Assembly (NCBI GenBank): GCA_050633305.1
Contig: JBOEGF010000005.1
Coordinates: 416,001 to 480,000, forward strand
From: Nannocystales bacterium
GTDB taxonomy: Bacteria; Myxococcota_A; Polyangia; Nannocystales; Nannocystaceae
DNA: 64,000 bases
Direction of reading: 5' to 3'
The translations under genes and the position numbers were made by a program. Below, piece after piece: positions 30,913 to 40,579 of the stretch. Positions within the stretch are counted from its first letter, which is position 1; the number at the start of each line of letters is the position of its first letter. A model generated the notes under the pieces. That model was not told the origin of the DNA and ran no database searches. It was given only the letters and a program-made list of their open reading frames with translations.

Positions 30913-31484
30913 AAGCAGATCCCGCCGTCGCAGGTCATCCCGTCCGGACACGTCTGCCCTGCGTCGCACGCCAACACGCATGCCGTCCCACCACCCTTGA
31001 GCGTCTCGCGGCAGACCGACGGCGCGTCCCCGCTGGGCGGTGCGTTGAAGCAGTCGCAGTCGTCGACGCAGTCGCGGATCATGCAGACGTTCGAGCCCTC
31101 GGTGGGTCCGTTGAGACAGCCCACTGTGCCGACGGACGCTCCGGTGCCCATGTAGTTGCATTGCGTGTTGTCGGTGCCACCGTTCTCATCCACGCAGGCG
31201 TTGTACTCGCCGATGACCGGTGGGTCGCACGCGTTGGGGTTGCCCGTCGAGCTGCTGCCCTCTGCCACGCCGGTGGAGCTGCTTCCCTCTGCCACGCCGG
31301 TGGAGCTTCCTGAGCTGCTCCCGGATGTCGTCCCTGGATCCGTCGTGGTCCCCCCTGTGCCCGCGGAGTTCGTGGTCGTCCCGGACGCCATGCCCGTGCT
31401 TCCCGGGGCTCCGGTATCGTCCCCATCGCCGTCACAGGCCCCTAGAAGCAACACAGCGGCACATCCCAAGACAAAACGCGTCAT
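30897..31484 (-). CDS. Cys-rich lipoprotein with one 14-Cys domain (related to 28037-29077)
   Basis: Lipobox LLGAC; duplicated GVAEGSSST; CVDDCDCFNAP...GGGTACVLAC...TCPDGMTC. Confidence 0.85.
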   Translation of the reverse strand: MTRFVLGCAAVLLLGACDGDGDDTGAPGSTGMASGTTTNSAGTGGTTTDPGTTSGSSSGSSTGVAEGSSSTGVAEGSSSTGNPNACDPPVIGEYNACVDENGGTDNTQCNYMGTGASVGTVGCLNGPTEGSNVCMIRDCVDDCDCFNAPPSGDAPSVCRETLKGGGTACVLACDAGQTCPDGMTCDGGICFHIPA

Positions 31485-31549
31485 TCCCCGAGTATCTCGC
31501 ACGCACGGCGCGCCCCACAACTCCCGTGCGGAACGTATGCTCCGCGCCG

Positions 31550-32263
31550 ATGCGACGCCTTTCGCTCCTGCTCCTGCACATGGTCATTGCAGGCGGCTGT
31601 GCCCACGAGGCAGCCTCGAAGGTTGTGGACCCTTTGCTGCTGGCCGAGGGGACGATGCTCGAACGAAGCTCGGGGTCTCGAGGAGGCTTCGTGCTCGGCG
31701 ACTTCACCTTCGAGCGGACGAACCTCGATCGGACACCCGCGCCCAACGCCAGCACCGGGCTCTCGCCGGACGGTCTCAGCCGGCCGGCGGAGCGGCTCGA
31801 TTTGCAGATGACGATGTTGGCTGAGGACCGCCGGTGGACGGGGGTATGCAAGGCGTTGCGGGAACCAACCGGGCGCCAGGACTACGCCGCGGTGACCGAA
31901 GAATTCCACGACATGGTGCAGATCGACTGCACCTTCGAGAGCGGCGCCAGCACTTGGAGCTTCGCGATGAAGGGATCGCTCGCGACGAACCTAGGCGGCA
32001 TCCTCAGCCCCAAGCACCGAGCCGTCGAGGGCGGTGGCCTCGAGGTCGAGGTGCTGATGTGGCGCGACGTGTGGGGTCGAGTCCGCCGCCAGATCCCCGA
32101 ACCCGTGGGCCAGGTTCGGCTCAAGCGGTCAACGTCGGCGGCCATGATTCTGGCGCGGCCGGAAAAAGCGTGGTTCGCCCCGAGCACGCCGCAGGAGCTC
32201 CTCGACGCGGCGATGGTCACACTGGGAGCCCTTCGCATGCTCCCGCTGGGGTTCGAGGGCTGA
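31550..32263 (+). CDS. Hypothetical lipoprotein
   Basis: MRRLSLLLLHMVIAGGC signal; GC-biased codon usage; fills the gap between neighbouring genes. Confidence 0.7.
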   Translation: MRRLSLLLLHMVIAGGCAHEAASKVVDPLLLAEGTMLERSSGSRGGFVLGDFTFERTNLDRTPAPNASTGLSPDGLSRPAERLDLQMTMLAEDRRWTGVCKALREPTGRQDYAAVTEEFHDMVQIDCTFESGASTWSFAMKGSLATNLGGILSPKHRAVEGGGLEVEVLMWRDVWGRVRRQIPEPVGQVRLKRSTSAAMILARPEKAWFAPSTPQELLDAAMVTLGALRMLPLGFEG

Positions 32264-32270
32264 GGGCCGT

Positions 32271-32978
32271 TCAGGTTTTGGCGTCGGTCACGACGGGTTC
32301 GACCGCGGCGGGCGCGGGCAGGGACGGCTCGTAGCTTGGCTCGGTGGACATCCACCAATCGAGCTCGAGGTTGCCAGCGATTCCGTCCGCGGCTTCGAGT
32401 TCCTGGAACAGTCGTGCGTAGCGGCGCATGACATCCTCGTCGGAGCGCTTGACGTAGTCCACCGCCTCGCCAAGCGCGACGATTCGGGGCCGGGATGGCT
32501 GGAGCTTGTCCGTGGTTCCCAGATCGTCCTTGCCGGCCTCGCGCCATGCGACGAGCTCCGGCCTCCCGAAGGCGTCTTTCTCGTCCAGAAGCCGGGAGGC
32601 CCAAGCCTCGAGTTTGAACGCATAGTGCTCGAACGTGCCGCGTTCGGGATCGAAGCGCACGATGGCGTCCCGGTACATGGCGAACCCGTGTCCGAATACG
32701 TCGTCCGCGAAGAACAAGAGCTCGCTCGATCTCGAGTACGGTTTGCGCCACCCAGTGAGGCGGTTCCAGGCCTGGATGCCGGCTGTCGTGGCGACCGTCA
32801 CGGAAGGCCGGATCAGCAACGCCCCGTCGAGGGCTCGAAATCCGTCGCGCAGGTGGAGGACCGTTTCGAGTTCCAGGCGGCGCTCCTTGGCGAGGGTGAC
32901 TGGGAGATCCCGTAGCCGCTGCGGTGTGCGGCTGACCGGAACCCCCGCCGACTTGATCAGCTGTGCGAGGGCCGACAT
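32271..32978 (-). CDS. SMI1/KNR4 (SUKH)-like immunity protein
   Basis: DGFRALDGALLIRP...AWN...WRKPY...LLFFADDVFG...RFDPERG...LEAWA matches my recollection of an SMI1/KNR4 subfamily pattern. Confidence 0.65.
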   Translation of the reverse strand: MSALAQLIKSAGVPVSRTPQRLRDLPVTLAKERRLELETVLHLRDGFRALDGALLIRPSVTVATTAGIQAWNRLTGWRKPYSRSSELLFFADDVFGHGFAMYRDAIVRFDPERGTFEHYAFKLEAWASRLLDEKDAFGRPELVAWREAGKDDLGTTDKLQPSRPRIVALGEAVDYVKRSDEDVMRRYARLFQELEAADGIAGNLELDWWMSTEPSYEPSLPAPAAVEPVVTDAKT

Positions 32979-33106
32979 GGCGGGAGGATAACAACGCCCA
33001 TCGGTCCTGCATTTCAGGGGTGCGCAAGTCGGGCAAGCGGTTGCACAACTCGAGCAACTTCAGCTTCCGAAGCCGCGCAAGTCCGTGAAAACCCGTCCCG
33101 TTCCGC

Positions 33107-33122
33107 CGGCATGGTCGGTGCT
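33107..33122 (+). promoter_or_regulatory. Possible sigma54 (-24/-12) promoter for the L,D-transpeptidase gene
   Basis: CGGCATGGTCGGTGCT has GG-N10-GC spacing just upstream of GTG 33136, but the match to TGGCAC-N5-TTGC is imperfect. Confidence 0.3.
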
Positions 33123-33135
33123 TTACCTACCTCCC

Positions 33136-34461
33136 GTGAACGCGCATCGGACCCTCTCGCTCCTGCTCGCGACGCTTGCCTCCTGCTCGCATCGACCCGC
33201 ACCGACGGAGGCTGCCCCCGATGAAGCCCGAAGTTCACCCGCTCTGGAGCTGGCGCCGGCACCGGTCGGGACCCGTCGCGCGCCGCGGGAAGTCTCGCGC
33301 GGGGAGGACGAGGAGGTCATCGTGGTGGAGGACATTCCCGACGGCTCGTACATCCTGCGCGCACCCTCGGTCATTCGTGCCGCCCCGCAAGCGGATGCCG
33401 TCGCGCTGGGTGTCCTCGCAGTTGGAACTCGGCTGCCACGTCTCGAGCCCATCGACGCGCCCGGGTGCAAGGGCGGCTGGGTTCCGGTGGAACCTCGAGG
33501 TTTCGCCTGTGTCGCGTTGGACGTTGTGGAGCACGAGCCTCGCGCACTGGTCCAGCCGGTCATGCGTGGAACCGCGATGCTGCCGACGGTCTACGGTCGG
33601 GTGCGACGCGATGCGAAGGTGTATGCGGACGCAGATGCAGTGCGGGCCGGCCTTGGCGCGCTGCCGACGGTCTCTTTGACCGTCGAATGTCGAGGGTCGG
33701 TGAAGATCGCAGGGGTTACGTACTGGCGCACGCGTCATGGGTTGATCGCCCGCGGCGACGTTCGACGCCTGCGGGGCTCACGGTTCGAGGGGGTGGCGCT
33801 GGACGGGGGCGTGAGCCTCCCGGTCGCCTGGACGCTCCCGGGCGAGCGTCGCTCGGTGCCGGTCCGCTCCAAGCCGTCGAAGCGCGCACGAACGATAGGA
33901 CGGCTGCCGGCCCACACCGCATTGACCGAACCCGATTTGGCTTTGGACGCCGACTTCGTCGAGGTTCCAGGCGAGGGGTGGGTCGCTCGCAAAGACATGC
34001 GTGTCGCGCTGCCGGCCGAGGTTCCCACGGACCTTCAGCCTGACGAGTTGTGGCTCGATGTGAACCTGCCCGAGCAAACCCTGGTGGCCTATCGCGGCGA
34101 GACGCCGGTCTACGCCACGTTGGTCTCCACCGGGAAGGCCCGCTACGAGACGCCCGTGGGCGAGTTCCGGATCGAGCGCAAGGTGTCGATGCGAACGATG
34201 AACAGCCGCCAGGGCGCGAAGGAAACCTATGCCGTCGACAAGGTTCCATGGACCGCCTATTTCAAGGACAGCTACGCGCTCCACACCGCGTACTGGCACT
34301 CGGGCTTCGGTCGCGTTCGTTCCCACGGGTGCATCAACCTCGCGCCCGCCGACGCACAACGCATCTATGGGTGGATGGGACCGCACGCCGCGCCCGGGTG
34401 GCGAGAGGTGTACGCGACCGACGAACAGCCCGGCACGCGTGTCGTGATTCGAAACGGCTGA
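33136..34461 (+). CDS. L,D-transpeptidase (YkuD family) lipoprotein
   Basis: Lipobox LASC; LDVNLPEQTL, VSTG..TP.G.F, ALHTAYWH...SHGCINL catalytic motif; SH3-like segments upstream. Confidence 0.92.
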   Translation: MNAHRTLSLLLATLASCSHRPAPTEAAPDEARSSPALELAPAPVGTRRAPREVSRGEDEEVIVVEDIPDGSYILRAPSVIRAAPQADAVALGVLAVGTRLPRLEPIDAPGCKGGWVPVEPRGFACVALDVVEHEPRALVQPVMRGTAMLPTVYGRVRRDAKVYADADAVRAGLGALPTVSLTVECRGSVKIAGVTYWRTRHGLIARGDVRRLRGSRFEGVALDGGVSLPVAWTLPGERRSVPVRSKPSKRARTIGRLPAHTALTEPDLALDADFVEVPGEGWVARKDMRVALPAEVPTDLQPDELWLDVNLPEQTLVAYRGETPVYATLVSTGKARYETPVGEFRIERKVSMRTMNSRQGAKETYAVDKVPWTAYFKDSYALHTAYWHSGFGRVRSHGCINLAPADAQRIYGWMGPHAAPGWREVYATDEQPGTRVVIRNG

Positions 34462-34539
34462 GGCCCGAGGTTCTGAACCAAAGGAAAAGGCGCGGCGCCC
34501 AGGTGGACGTCACGCCTTTTCTACGACAAGAGCGTCTTC

Positions 34540-36117
34540 CTACCAGCGGTAGGTGAACAGCAGTCTTGCTTCTTGTGAGTCGGCGAAGGTGCCCTCGGCG
34601 AACCCCGTTTCTTCGCGCCGGTTCTGGTAGACGGCCGATGCGAAGAAGACGTTGCGCCACAGGTACACGTGGGCGGCGGTGCGCCATTGGGTGGACTGAA
34701 GCTGGCGACGGAGGTCGGCTTGCACGTCGTCGGCATCGGGCGGCGAGTCGAAGTCGGAAGCGAGGAACTGACCGAAGTCGGCCGCGAGCAGGATGCGCTT
34801 CTCCCATGCGAGGAAGCCGAGCTGCGCATTGTAGGCGTTCTGGAAGTTCCCGAATTCGAGTTCGCGCTTGCCGTAGTACTCGCCCTGCAGGTGGAAGCGC
34901 CAGTAGCGGAAGATCGTCTGAGCGTTCCAGGCGGGGTAGCGCTCTTGAGCCCTCTGATCGTACTTCACGCCGCCGACCAGGGCGAGCGTCATGGGCGACT
35001 TCGTGTACAGGAACGGAGTATCCCAGCGGTTGTAGTAGCCGATGATGTTGGACCAGACCTGACCACCGACGGACCACGTGTAGCGCGTGTTGCCGTCAGG
35101 GAAGAAGGTTCCGCCAAGGTTGCCGTTGAAGCGGCCTGAACCACCGGCTGCGAAGGCGCGGTAGAGGAACCGGCTCTTCTTGTCGATGGGTCCACCGAAC
35201 TCGAGCGCGGCGCCGTTGCCCTGCTCGAAGCCGTTGTAGAGGTAAAACGCTTGGTCGACGAGCAGTCGCTTGTGTACGGAGCGAACGGGCTCGAGCGCCA
35301 GACCGCCCCCACCGCTGTTGATGTTGAAGTAGTGGCCCTTCTTGCCGATCGGAACCTGGAACAGGGCGAACGTGACTCGGGGGGTCTTCTCGACGCGGGA
35401 GCTGATCAGGAAGAACGAGTTCTGGATGAACGGCATCTGGCCGAGTACCCGGAGCTGGAGGCTCTCGAACTCGGTGGTGAACTGTTCGTCTTCGGTGTTG
35501 TAGCCGAGCGCTTCAATGCGGCCCACGAGCGAGAGCCGGAAGTCGCCCGAGGGCTGGCAGATCGTGACCTGTGTATCGAGCCGACATCCAATGTCTTCGC
35601 AGTCGATACGGCCGTCGTCATCGTTGTCGATGCCGTCCGAGCACAGGACGTTGGAGTTCTCGCCGAAGTTGTCGTCTTCGGCGACAACCGTGGGGGCTCC
35701 GGTCACGACGTTGCCCGAGGACCCGCCGACCGTTGTGTTTCCAGAGCCGGCAGAACCCGACTCTGGGACGGCGCCTCCGGCCATCTCGGTGTCCCAAGAT
35801 CCGTAGCAAGCCGTGCTGCCGTTGCAGTCATCGTCATCGCAGTCGACGTAGCCGTCGGCGTCGTTGTCGATCCAGTCCTCGCAACGTTCGGGCGTGTTCT
35901 CGGGTTCGCCGTCGGAGGCGCAGGCCGGGTCCTTCTTGCAGTCGTTGTCCCCGCAATCGAAGACGAGGTCGCCGTCGTTGTCCTGACCATCGTCGCAGAC
36001 CGTCTCTTTGGCGGTCCCGTCCGGAGCGGCCATCGCAGTCGCACCCGTCAGGAACGTGAAGACGAATGCAACCGGCCCGAGTAGGCGCAGCAGGTTGGTG
36101 GAAGTGCAGAGCGTCAT
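34540..36117 (-). CDS. Outer-membrane beta-barrel (porin-like) with three N-terminal Cys/Asp-rich repeats
   Basis: Signal peptide ending TAMA; repeats CDDGQDNDGD..DC, CEDWIDNDADG..DC, CSDGIDNDDDG..DC; amphipathic strands (FHLQGEY, YNAQLGFL); terminal LLFTYRW beta-signal. Confidence 0.8.
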   Translation of the reverse strand: MTLCTSTNLLRLLGPVAFVFTFLTGATAMAAPDGTAKETVCDDGQDNDGDLVFDCGDNDCKKDPACASDGEPENTPERCEDWIDNDADGYVDCDDDDCNGSTACYGSWDTEMAGGAVPESGSAGSGNTTVGGSSGNVVTGAPTVVAEDDNFGENSNVLCSDGIDNDDDGRIDCEDIGCRLDTQVTICQPSGDFRLSLVGRIEALGYNTEDEQFTTEFESLQLRVLGQMPFIQNSFFLISSRVEKTPRVTFALFQVPIGKKGHYFNINSGGGGLALEPVRSVHKRLLVDQAFYLYNGFEQGNGAALEFGGPIDKKSRFLYRAFAAGGSGRFNGNLGGTFFPDGNTRYTWSVGGQVWSNIIGYYNRWDTPFLYTKSPMTLALVGGVKYDQRAQERYPAWNAQTIFRYWRFHLQGEYYGKRELEFGNFQNAYNAQLGFLAWEKRILLAADFGQFLASDFDSPPDADDVQADLRRQLQSTQWRTAAHVYLWRNVFFASAVYQNRREETGFAEGTFADSQEARLLFTYRW

Positions 36118-36121
36118 CGGA

Positions 36122-37561
36122 TTACTCGGTGTCGGATTCGGATTCGGAGTCATCTGCACTCGGGCGGGTCGGGCCCATCCATTCGCAGACACGGGGGCCG
36201 TCGTTGCAGACGGTGACCAGGGGGTCGTACGCGCAGTCGAAGTCTTCACAGTCGACGAATCCGTCGAGGTCTTCGTCCTCGCCATTGGTGCAGCGCTCGT
36301 TGGCAGCGTCGCGTTGAGCGTCGCCGGGGTCATCCTGCGCATCGATGACGCCATCGAAGTTCATGTCGAAAGCGTTGGTACCGCTCTCCTTACAGGCGAT
36401 GACGACCAGCGCGTCGTCGGCCTGCGCGCACCCAAAATCGGCACAGTCGATGAAGCCGTTGCCGTCGTTGTCGATGCCGTCCGTGCATCGCTCGAAGGTG
36501 TTCTCGAGCGACTCAGCGCAAAACTCGACGGCTTCCATGGACGCTCCGGACATGGCGTCCTGGCAGCTGAAGTCTTCGCAGTCGGTGAAACCGTCGGCAT
36601 CGTTGTCCTCGCCGTCCGTGCACTCCTCGACGCTTGTCTCCTCGAACTGAGCGCAGGCCTCGACGACCGCCTGGTTTTCGCTCATCGAACAGCTGAAGTC
36701 GCTGCAATCGGCAAAGCCGTTGCCGTCGTTGTCTTCGCCGTCGGTACACTTCTCGATCGTGTCTTCGGCGCTCTCGCGGCAGAACAGTACAATCTGCTGG
36801 TTCGGGTTCATCGAGCAGCTGAAGTCACCGCAGTCGGTGAACATGTTGCCGTCGTTGTCGACGCCATCGGAGCACTTCTCCAGCGTGTCCTCCGGCTCCG
36901 GGTCGTTGCCGCAGACGGGGTCCGCGAAGCAGCCGGCGAGGTCTTCGCAGTCGGTCAGACCGTTCTGGTCGTTGTCGATTTCGTCGTCACAGTTGCCGAC
37001 CTCGGCGCAGGGCCCGATCCCCGCGCAGTCCTCGTCGGCGCAATCGATGCCTTCGCCAAACCGGTCATCGTTGTCATTGTCGATGCCGTCGGAGCAGCGC
37101 TCGGGCGTGTTCTCGGCGCAAACGGTGACGAATTTGGCGTTGCGGCACCCGAAGTCCTCGCAGTCGGCGAAGCCGTTCTGGTCGTTGTCGAGGCCGTCTG
37201 TGCACAACTCGTTGGTGAACTCGCGTAGACAGCAGGTCTCGGCGATCGCTTGGCATTTGCGATCGCCACAGTCGAACTGACCGTTGTGGTCGTTGTCGAT
37301 CCGGTCGAAGCAATCGTTGAACGAGTCCTCGGGCTGGACAGTGCCGTCGTCGGGGATGACTTCACCGCAGAGCACGGAGAACACGAGGCACTCGGGATCG
37401 CGGCAATCGATCAGGCCGTCGAAGTCGTTATCCTGGCCGTCTTGGCAGGCAAACTCGTCGATCTCGTAGCCGTACACGGGCAACGCGGGCGCCTGCCCGC
37501 ACGAAGCGAGACCGAGCGCGGCCAGCCCGGCCAGCGTCAGGAATCGGGCTACTTGAGACAC
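36122..37561 (-). CDS. Acidic lipoprotein with ten CxDGxDNDxxGxxDCxDxxC repeats
   Basis: Lipobox GLASC; ten repeat copies counted directly in the translation. Confidence 0.9.
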   Translation of the reverse strand: MSQVARFLTLAGLAALGLASCGQAPALPVYGYEIDEFACQDGQDNDFDGLIDCRDPECLVFSVLCGEVIPDDGTVQPEDSFNDCFDRIDNDHNGQFDCGDRKCQAIAETCCLREFTNELCTDGLDNDQNGFADCEDFGCRNAKFVTVCAENTPERCSDGIDNDNDDRFGEGIDCADEDCAGIGPCAEVGNCDDEIDNDQNGLTDCEDLAGCFADPVCGNDPEPEDTLEKCSDGVDNDGNMFTDCGDFSCSMNPNQQIVLFCRESAEDTIEKCTDGEDNDGNGFADCSDFSCSMSENQAVVEACAQFEETSVEECTDGEDNDADGFTDCEDFSCQDAMSGASMEAVEFCAESLENTFERCTDGIDNDGNGFIDCADFGCAQADDALVVIACKESGTNAFDMNFDGVIDAQDDPGDAQRDAANERCTNGEDEDLDGFVDCEDFDCAYDPLVTVCNDGPRVCEWMGPTRPSADDSESESDTE

Positions 37562-38511
37562 GCTGCCCGCCCTTCACCGAATCGACGCTTGAAGTCGATG
37601 TGGAGCATACAGGCGCCGTCGCTGCGCTGCTGGTCGCCGAACTTTCCGGCGTTGGCGTAGTTGGCGAGCAGGTGCTGCTTGAACGCCTCGCGGTCGTCCT
37701 TCTTGACCGAGCGGTTGATGTGCCGGAACTCCGCGAACTCTTCGACCATGGCCCGCAGGTCGGCGTCGGAAAGGCCTGCGATCCAGCCTGCAGCGGCGGT
37801 GTCGGACTTGAGGGCGAGGGTCACCGCATCCACCGCATCGTCATCGATGTCGTAGACGCTGTGACAGACCTTGTCGCACTCCTTGTAGCGGGTGGTGTGT
37901 TTCCACTTCACCGAGTGCGCGTCCTCGGAGGACACCAGGCGGTTGTAGGTGCCCTTGCCGTTGACGTCTTCCTCGACGCTGTGCAGCGACGTGAGGATGA
38001 ACTTCGGAACGCCGTGCGCCCACATGCCGCGCTTGTTCTCGATGGCTTCCTTCTGCGCCTCGAGCAGCACCGGTTTGGCCGGGTCGTCGTTGATGCTCAT
38101 GGCGTGCGCGTAGCCGCCCCGAACCAACTCGACCGCCAGATCCTCGCACCACAGCAGTGTTCGTCCGTAGGTGTCAGTCTCGCCCGCGGTTTCGCAGTGC
38201 CAGACACCCTTGCGAGCCAGCAGCGTCGCCATCTTGGCGAGCACGTACATCTCTTTCTCGGTCCAGTCGCCCCAGCTGTGTACGGGGCCGTAGGACTCGA
38301 GCGTGTTGTAGCCCGCGAGTCGTGCCTTGGTGCCTTGGTATCCGCCACCCATGCCACGGAAGCTGTCTCCGTCGTTGAAGAAGACCGGCGTGGGCTTCCC
38401 GTTGATGAAGACCTTGGTCTGCGGTTCCTTCGCGCCGGCGGTCGGTGTGACGAGCGCGCCAACAGTGACGGCGACCAAAGCGGAGGCGAGTTTCCAGTTG
38501 CGGTACGACAT
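37549..38511 (-). CDS. Secreted thermonuclease (SNase-like) family protein
   Basis: Signal peptide; NDGDSF, ARLAGYNTLE, DTYGRTL, LVRGGYA, AQKEA...KRGMW correspond to staphylococcal nuclease motifs; C-terminal extension. Confidence 0.85.
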   Translation of the reverse strand: MSYRNWKLASALVAVTVGALVTPTAGAKEPQTKVFINGKPTPVFFNDGDSFRGMGGGYQGTKARLAGYNTLESYGPVHSWGDWTEKEMYVLAKMATLLARKGVWHCETAGETDTYGRTLLWCEDLAVELVRGGYAHAMSINDDPAKPVLLEAQKEAIENKRGMWAHGVPKFILTSLHSVEEDVNGKGTYNRLVSSEDAHSVKWKHTTRYKECDKVCHSVYDIDDDAVDAVTLALKSDTAAAGWIAGLSDADLRAMVEEFAEFRHINRSVKKDDREAFKQHLLANYANAGKFGDQQRSDGACMLHIDFKRRFGEGRAACLK

Positions 38512-38633
38512 GGCGCGAACGGGCTCCGGGCCGCGGAGCCGGGCGCATCATGCGGGAAGGTGGGCTGCAGAAACAACCGAAACCCCCCGGCCCGCGGCGT
38601 GTGGCAGCCCCGGAGTCTGGGTCGTGGCGGTCC

Positions 38634-39515
38634 TCACCGCAGGGGCACGGCGCGAAGTTCGTCTGCAAGGCCCCGCAGTTGCGGTTCTAGCGGCGAGTCG
38701 GCTTCGTAAAGTAGCCGAAATGTGTCCTCCAGGAATGGGAGAGCCGGGAACAGCTCGATGAGCAGGCCGCCGAGCTTGTCTTGCACCGTGTGCCGCGGGA
38801 GCACCGCGACACCGAGACCTCGCGTCACCATGGCCTCGACGGCCGCCGAGCTCCCGCAGGGCCAAACCTCTGCGAACCGCATCGAGGGCGACGCCGAGAG
38901 CATGTATCGAGCCAAGGGTAGCTCGGCGCTGATGTCGATCAGCACGTGCTTCGCGAGGTCACCGGGCGTCTCGATCTCCGCGGCGACACTCTGACTCGCG
39001 ACCAAGACGTACACCTCGGGGTGTAGGACCTCGGCGAGCCAACGCGCGTCCGCGACCGGAGCGCTCGTGACAATGGCGTCGAGCTTTTGCGCGCGGAGCT
39101 GTCCCAGCAAGTCCGCGCCAGAGCCGAAGTAGAGCTCGATGGTCCACAGCGGCCGACGTTGGCGGAGGTCGGCGACGATGGGGACGATCCAGGAGATCCC
39201 CAGCTCGAACCGCGTGCCCAGTCGAATGGTCACCGGGCTCTCGTCTCCAGACTCGCCGCGCGTGACGGGCCCGACTCGCGCCGCGTCCTTGAGGAGGGCC
39301 TCAGCGTGTGGGAACAGGCGGCGACCGGCGGCGGTGAGGTGCACGCTGCGAGAGGTTCGGTCGAACACGCGCTCCCCGAGTTGGTCCTCCAGCTGTCGGA
39401 TCCGCTGGCTCAGGGCGGTGGGAGTGAGCCCGACGTGTTCGGCCGCCCTCCGGAAGCTCGAACGGTGTGCAATCGCGACGAAGCATCGAAGGCTCTCCAA
39501 GGAGGGCAGGGACAT
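38634..39515 (-). CDS. LysR-family transcriptional regulator
   Basis: LRCFVAIA..SSFRRAA..VGLTPTALSQRIRQLEDQLG..VFDR....V.LT.AG helix-turn-helix. Confidence 0.95.
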   Translation of the reverse strand: MSLPSLESLRCFVAIAHRSSFRRAAEHVGLTPTALSQRIRQLEDQLGERVFDRTSRSVHLTAAGRRLFPHAEALLKDAARVGPVTRGESGDESPVTIRLGTRFELGISWIVPIVADLRQRRPLWTIELYFGSGADLLGQLRAQKLDAIVTSAPVADARWLAEVLHPEVYVLVASQSVAAEIETPGDLAKHVLIDISAELPLARYMLSASPSMRFAEVWPCGSSAAVEAMVTRGLGVAVLPRHTVQDKLGGLLIELFPALPFLEDTFRLLYEADSPLEPQLRGLADELRAVPLR

Positions 39516-39651
39516 ACGTGCAGAGTACCCGGGGGCTCCGTTCTGATGCCGCGCGCACCGCGGTCCCGAACCGTCCTGACAGCCTGGTGAGCCATGTCGA
39601 GCTCCCTTGCGATGGCCGAGCGTTGCCCGGACCCGCGGTATTGTCCCGGGC

Positions 39652-40524
39652 ATGGACCAGCTCGCAGGCAAGGTAGCAGTCATCACGGGAGCGGGCAGCG
39701 GCCTGGGCCGTGCCCTCGCGCATCGGCTTGGGTCCGCCGGCATGCGGTTGGTGCTCGCAGACATCGATTCGAGTCGGCTCAACGACGTCGGTGGCGAACT
39801 CGATGACAAGGGGGCGAAGGTTGCAACGCTGGTGACCGACGTCTCCAAGCGCAGTCAGGTGGAAGGGTTGGCGGATCTCGCCTACGAGCAGTTCGGTGCC
39901 GTCAACGTGCTGTGCAACAACGCCGGGGTCGCCGTGGTCGGGTCGGCGTGGGAGTGCACCGATGCCGACTGGGCGTGGGCCATGGGGGTGAACCTGTGGG
40001 GGGTGATCCATGGACTACAGGCGTTTGTGCCTCGCATGCTCAAGGCGGGGGAGCCTGGTCACATCGTCAACACCGCCTCTGCTGCCGGCATCTTGGCGCC
40101 TCCGCTGAGCAGTCCGTATGTCGCAACCAAACACGCGGTCGTGGGGATGACCGAGAGCTTGTTTCACGACCTGGCGCTACGCGAGTCGAAGATCGGGTGC
40201 TCCGTGCTGGCGCCGGGATTCGTGAAGACACAGATCGCGACGTCGGAGGCGTTCCGACCTGAGGAACTCAAGAACCCGGTCCCATCCTCCGACCCCCTGA
40301 TGGCGGAGGTCGGCAAGTACTACGCGCACGAGGTCGCGCGAGGCATCCCGGCGGAGGCCGTTGCCGACGCTGTTCATGAGGCGATCGTCGAAGGTCGCTT
40401 CTACATCTTCACGCATCCCGAGATGACCCCCGCGTTCGAGGACCGGTTTTCGCGGATGGTCGCGGGCAAGAACCCGAAGACCCGGCCTCTTGCGGCATCG
40501 CGGGACGACGATCCGACCTCGTGA
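39652..40524 (+). CDS. Short-chain dehydrogenase/reductase
   Basis: TGAGSGLG, NNAG, NTAS, YVATK. Confidence 0.95.
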   Translation: MDQLAGKVAVITGAGSGLGRALAHRLGSAGMRLVLADIDSSRLNDVGGELDDKGAKVATLVTDVSKRSQVEGLADLAYEQFGAVNVLCNNAGVAVVGSAWECTDADWAWAMGVNLWGVIHGLQAFVPRMLKAGEPGHIVNTASAAGILAPPLSSPYVATKHAVVGMTESLFHDLALRESKIGCSVLAPGFVKTQIATSEAFRPEELKNPVPSSDPLMAEVGKYYAHEVARGIPAEAVADAVHEAIVEGRFYIFTHPEMTPAFEDRFSRMVAGKNPKTRPLAASRDDDPTS

Positions 40525-40579
40525 CCCCGCAGGCTGAGGGCGGGGCGGCGAGGATTCGAGAGCGGGGCTGAGATGAGCG

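Noticed and set aside
34540..36354. 5' extensions given by the ORF track (for example 36354, 5036, 39848, 57080, 60078, 60184, 25381)
   Set aside because: They overlap neighbouring genes or precede obvious signal peptides or family N-termini, so starts were moved downstream.
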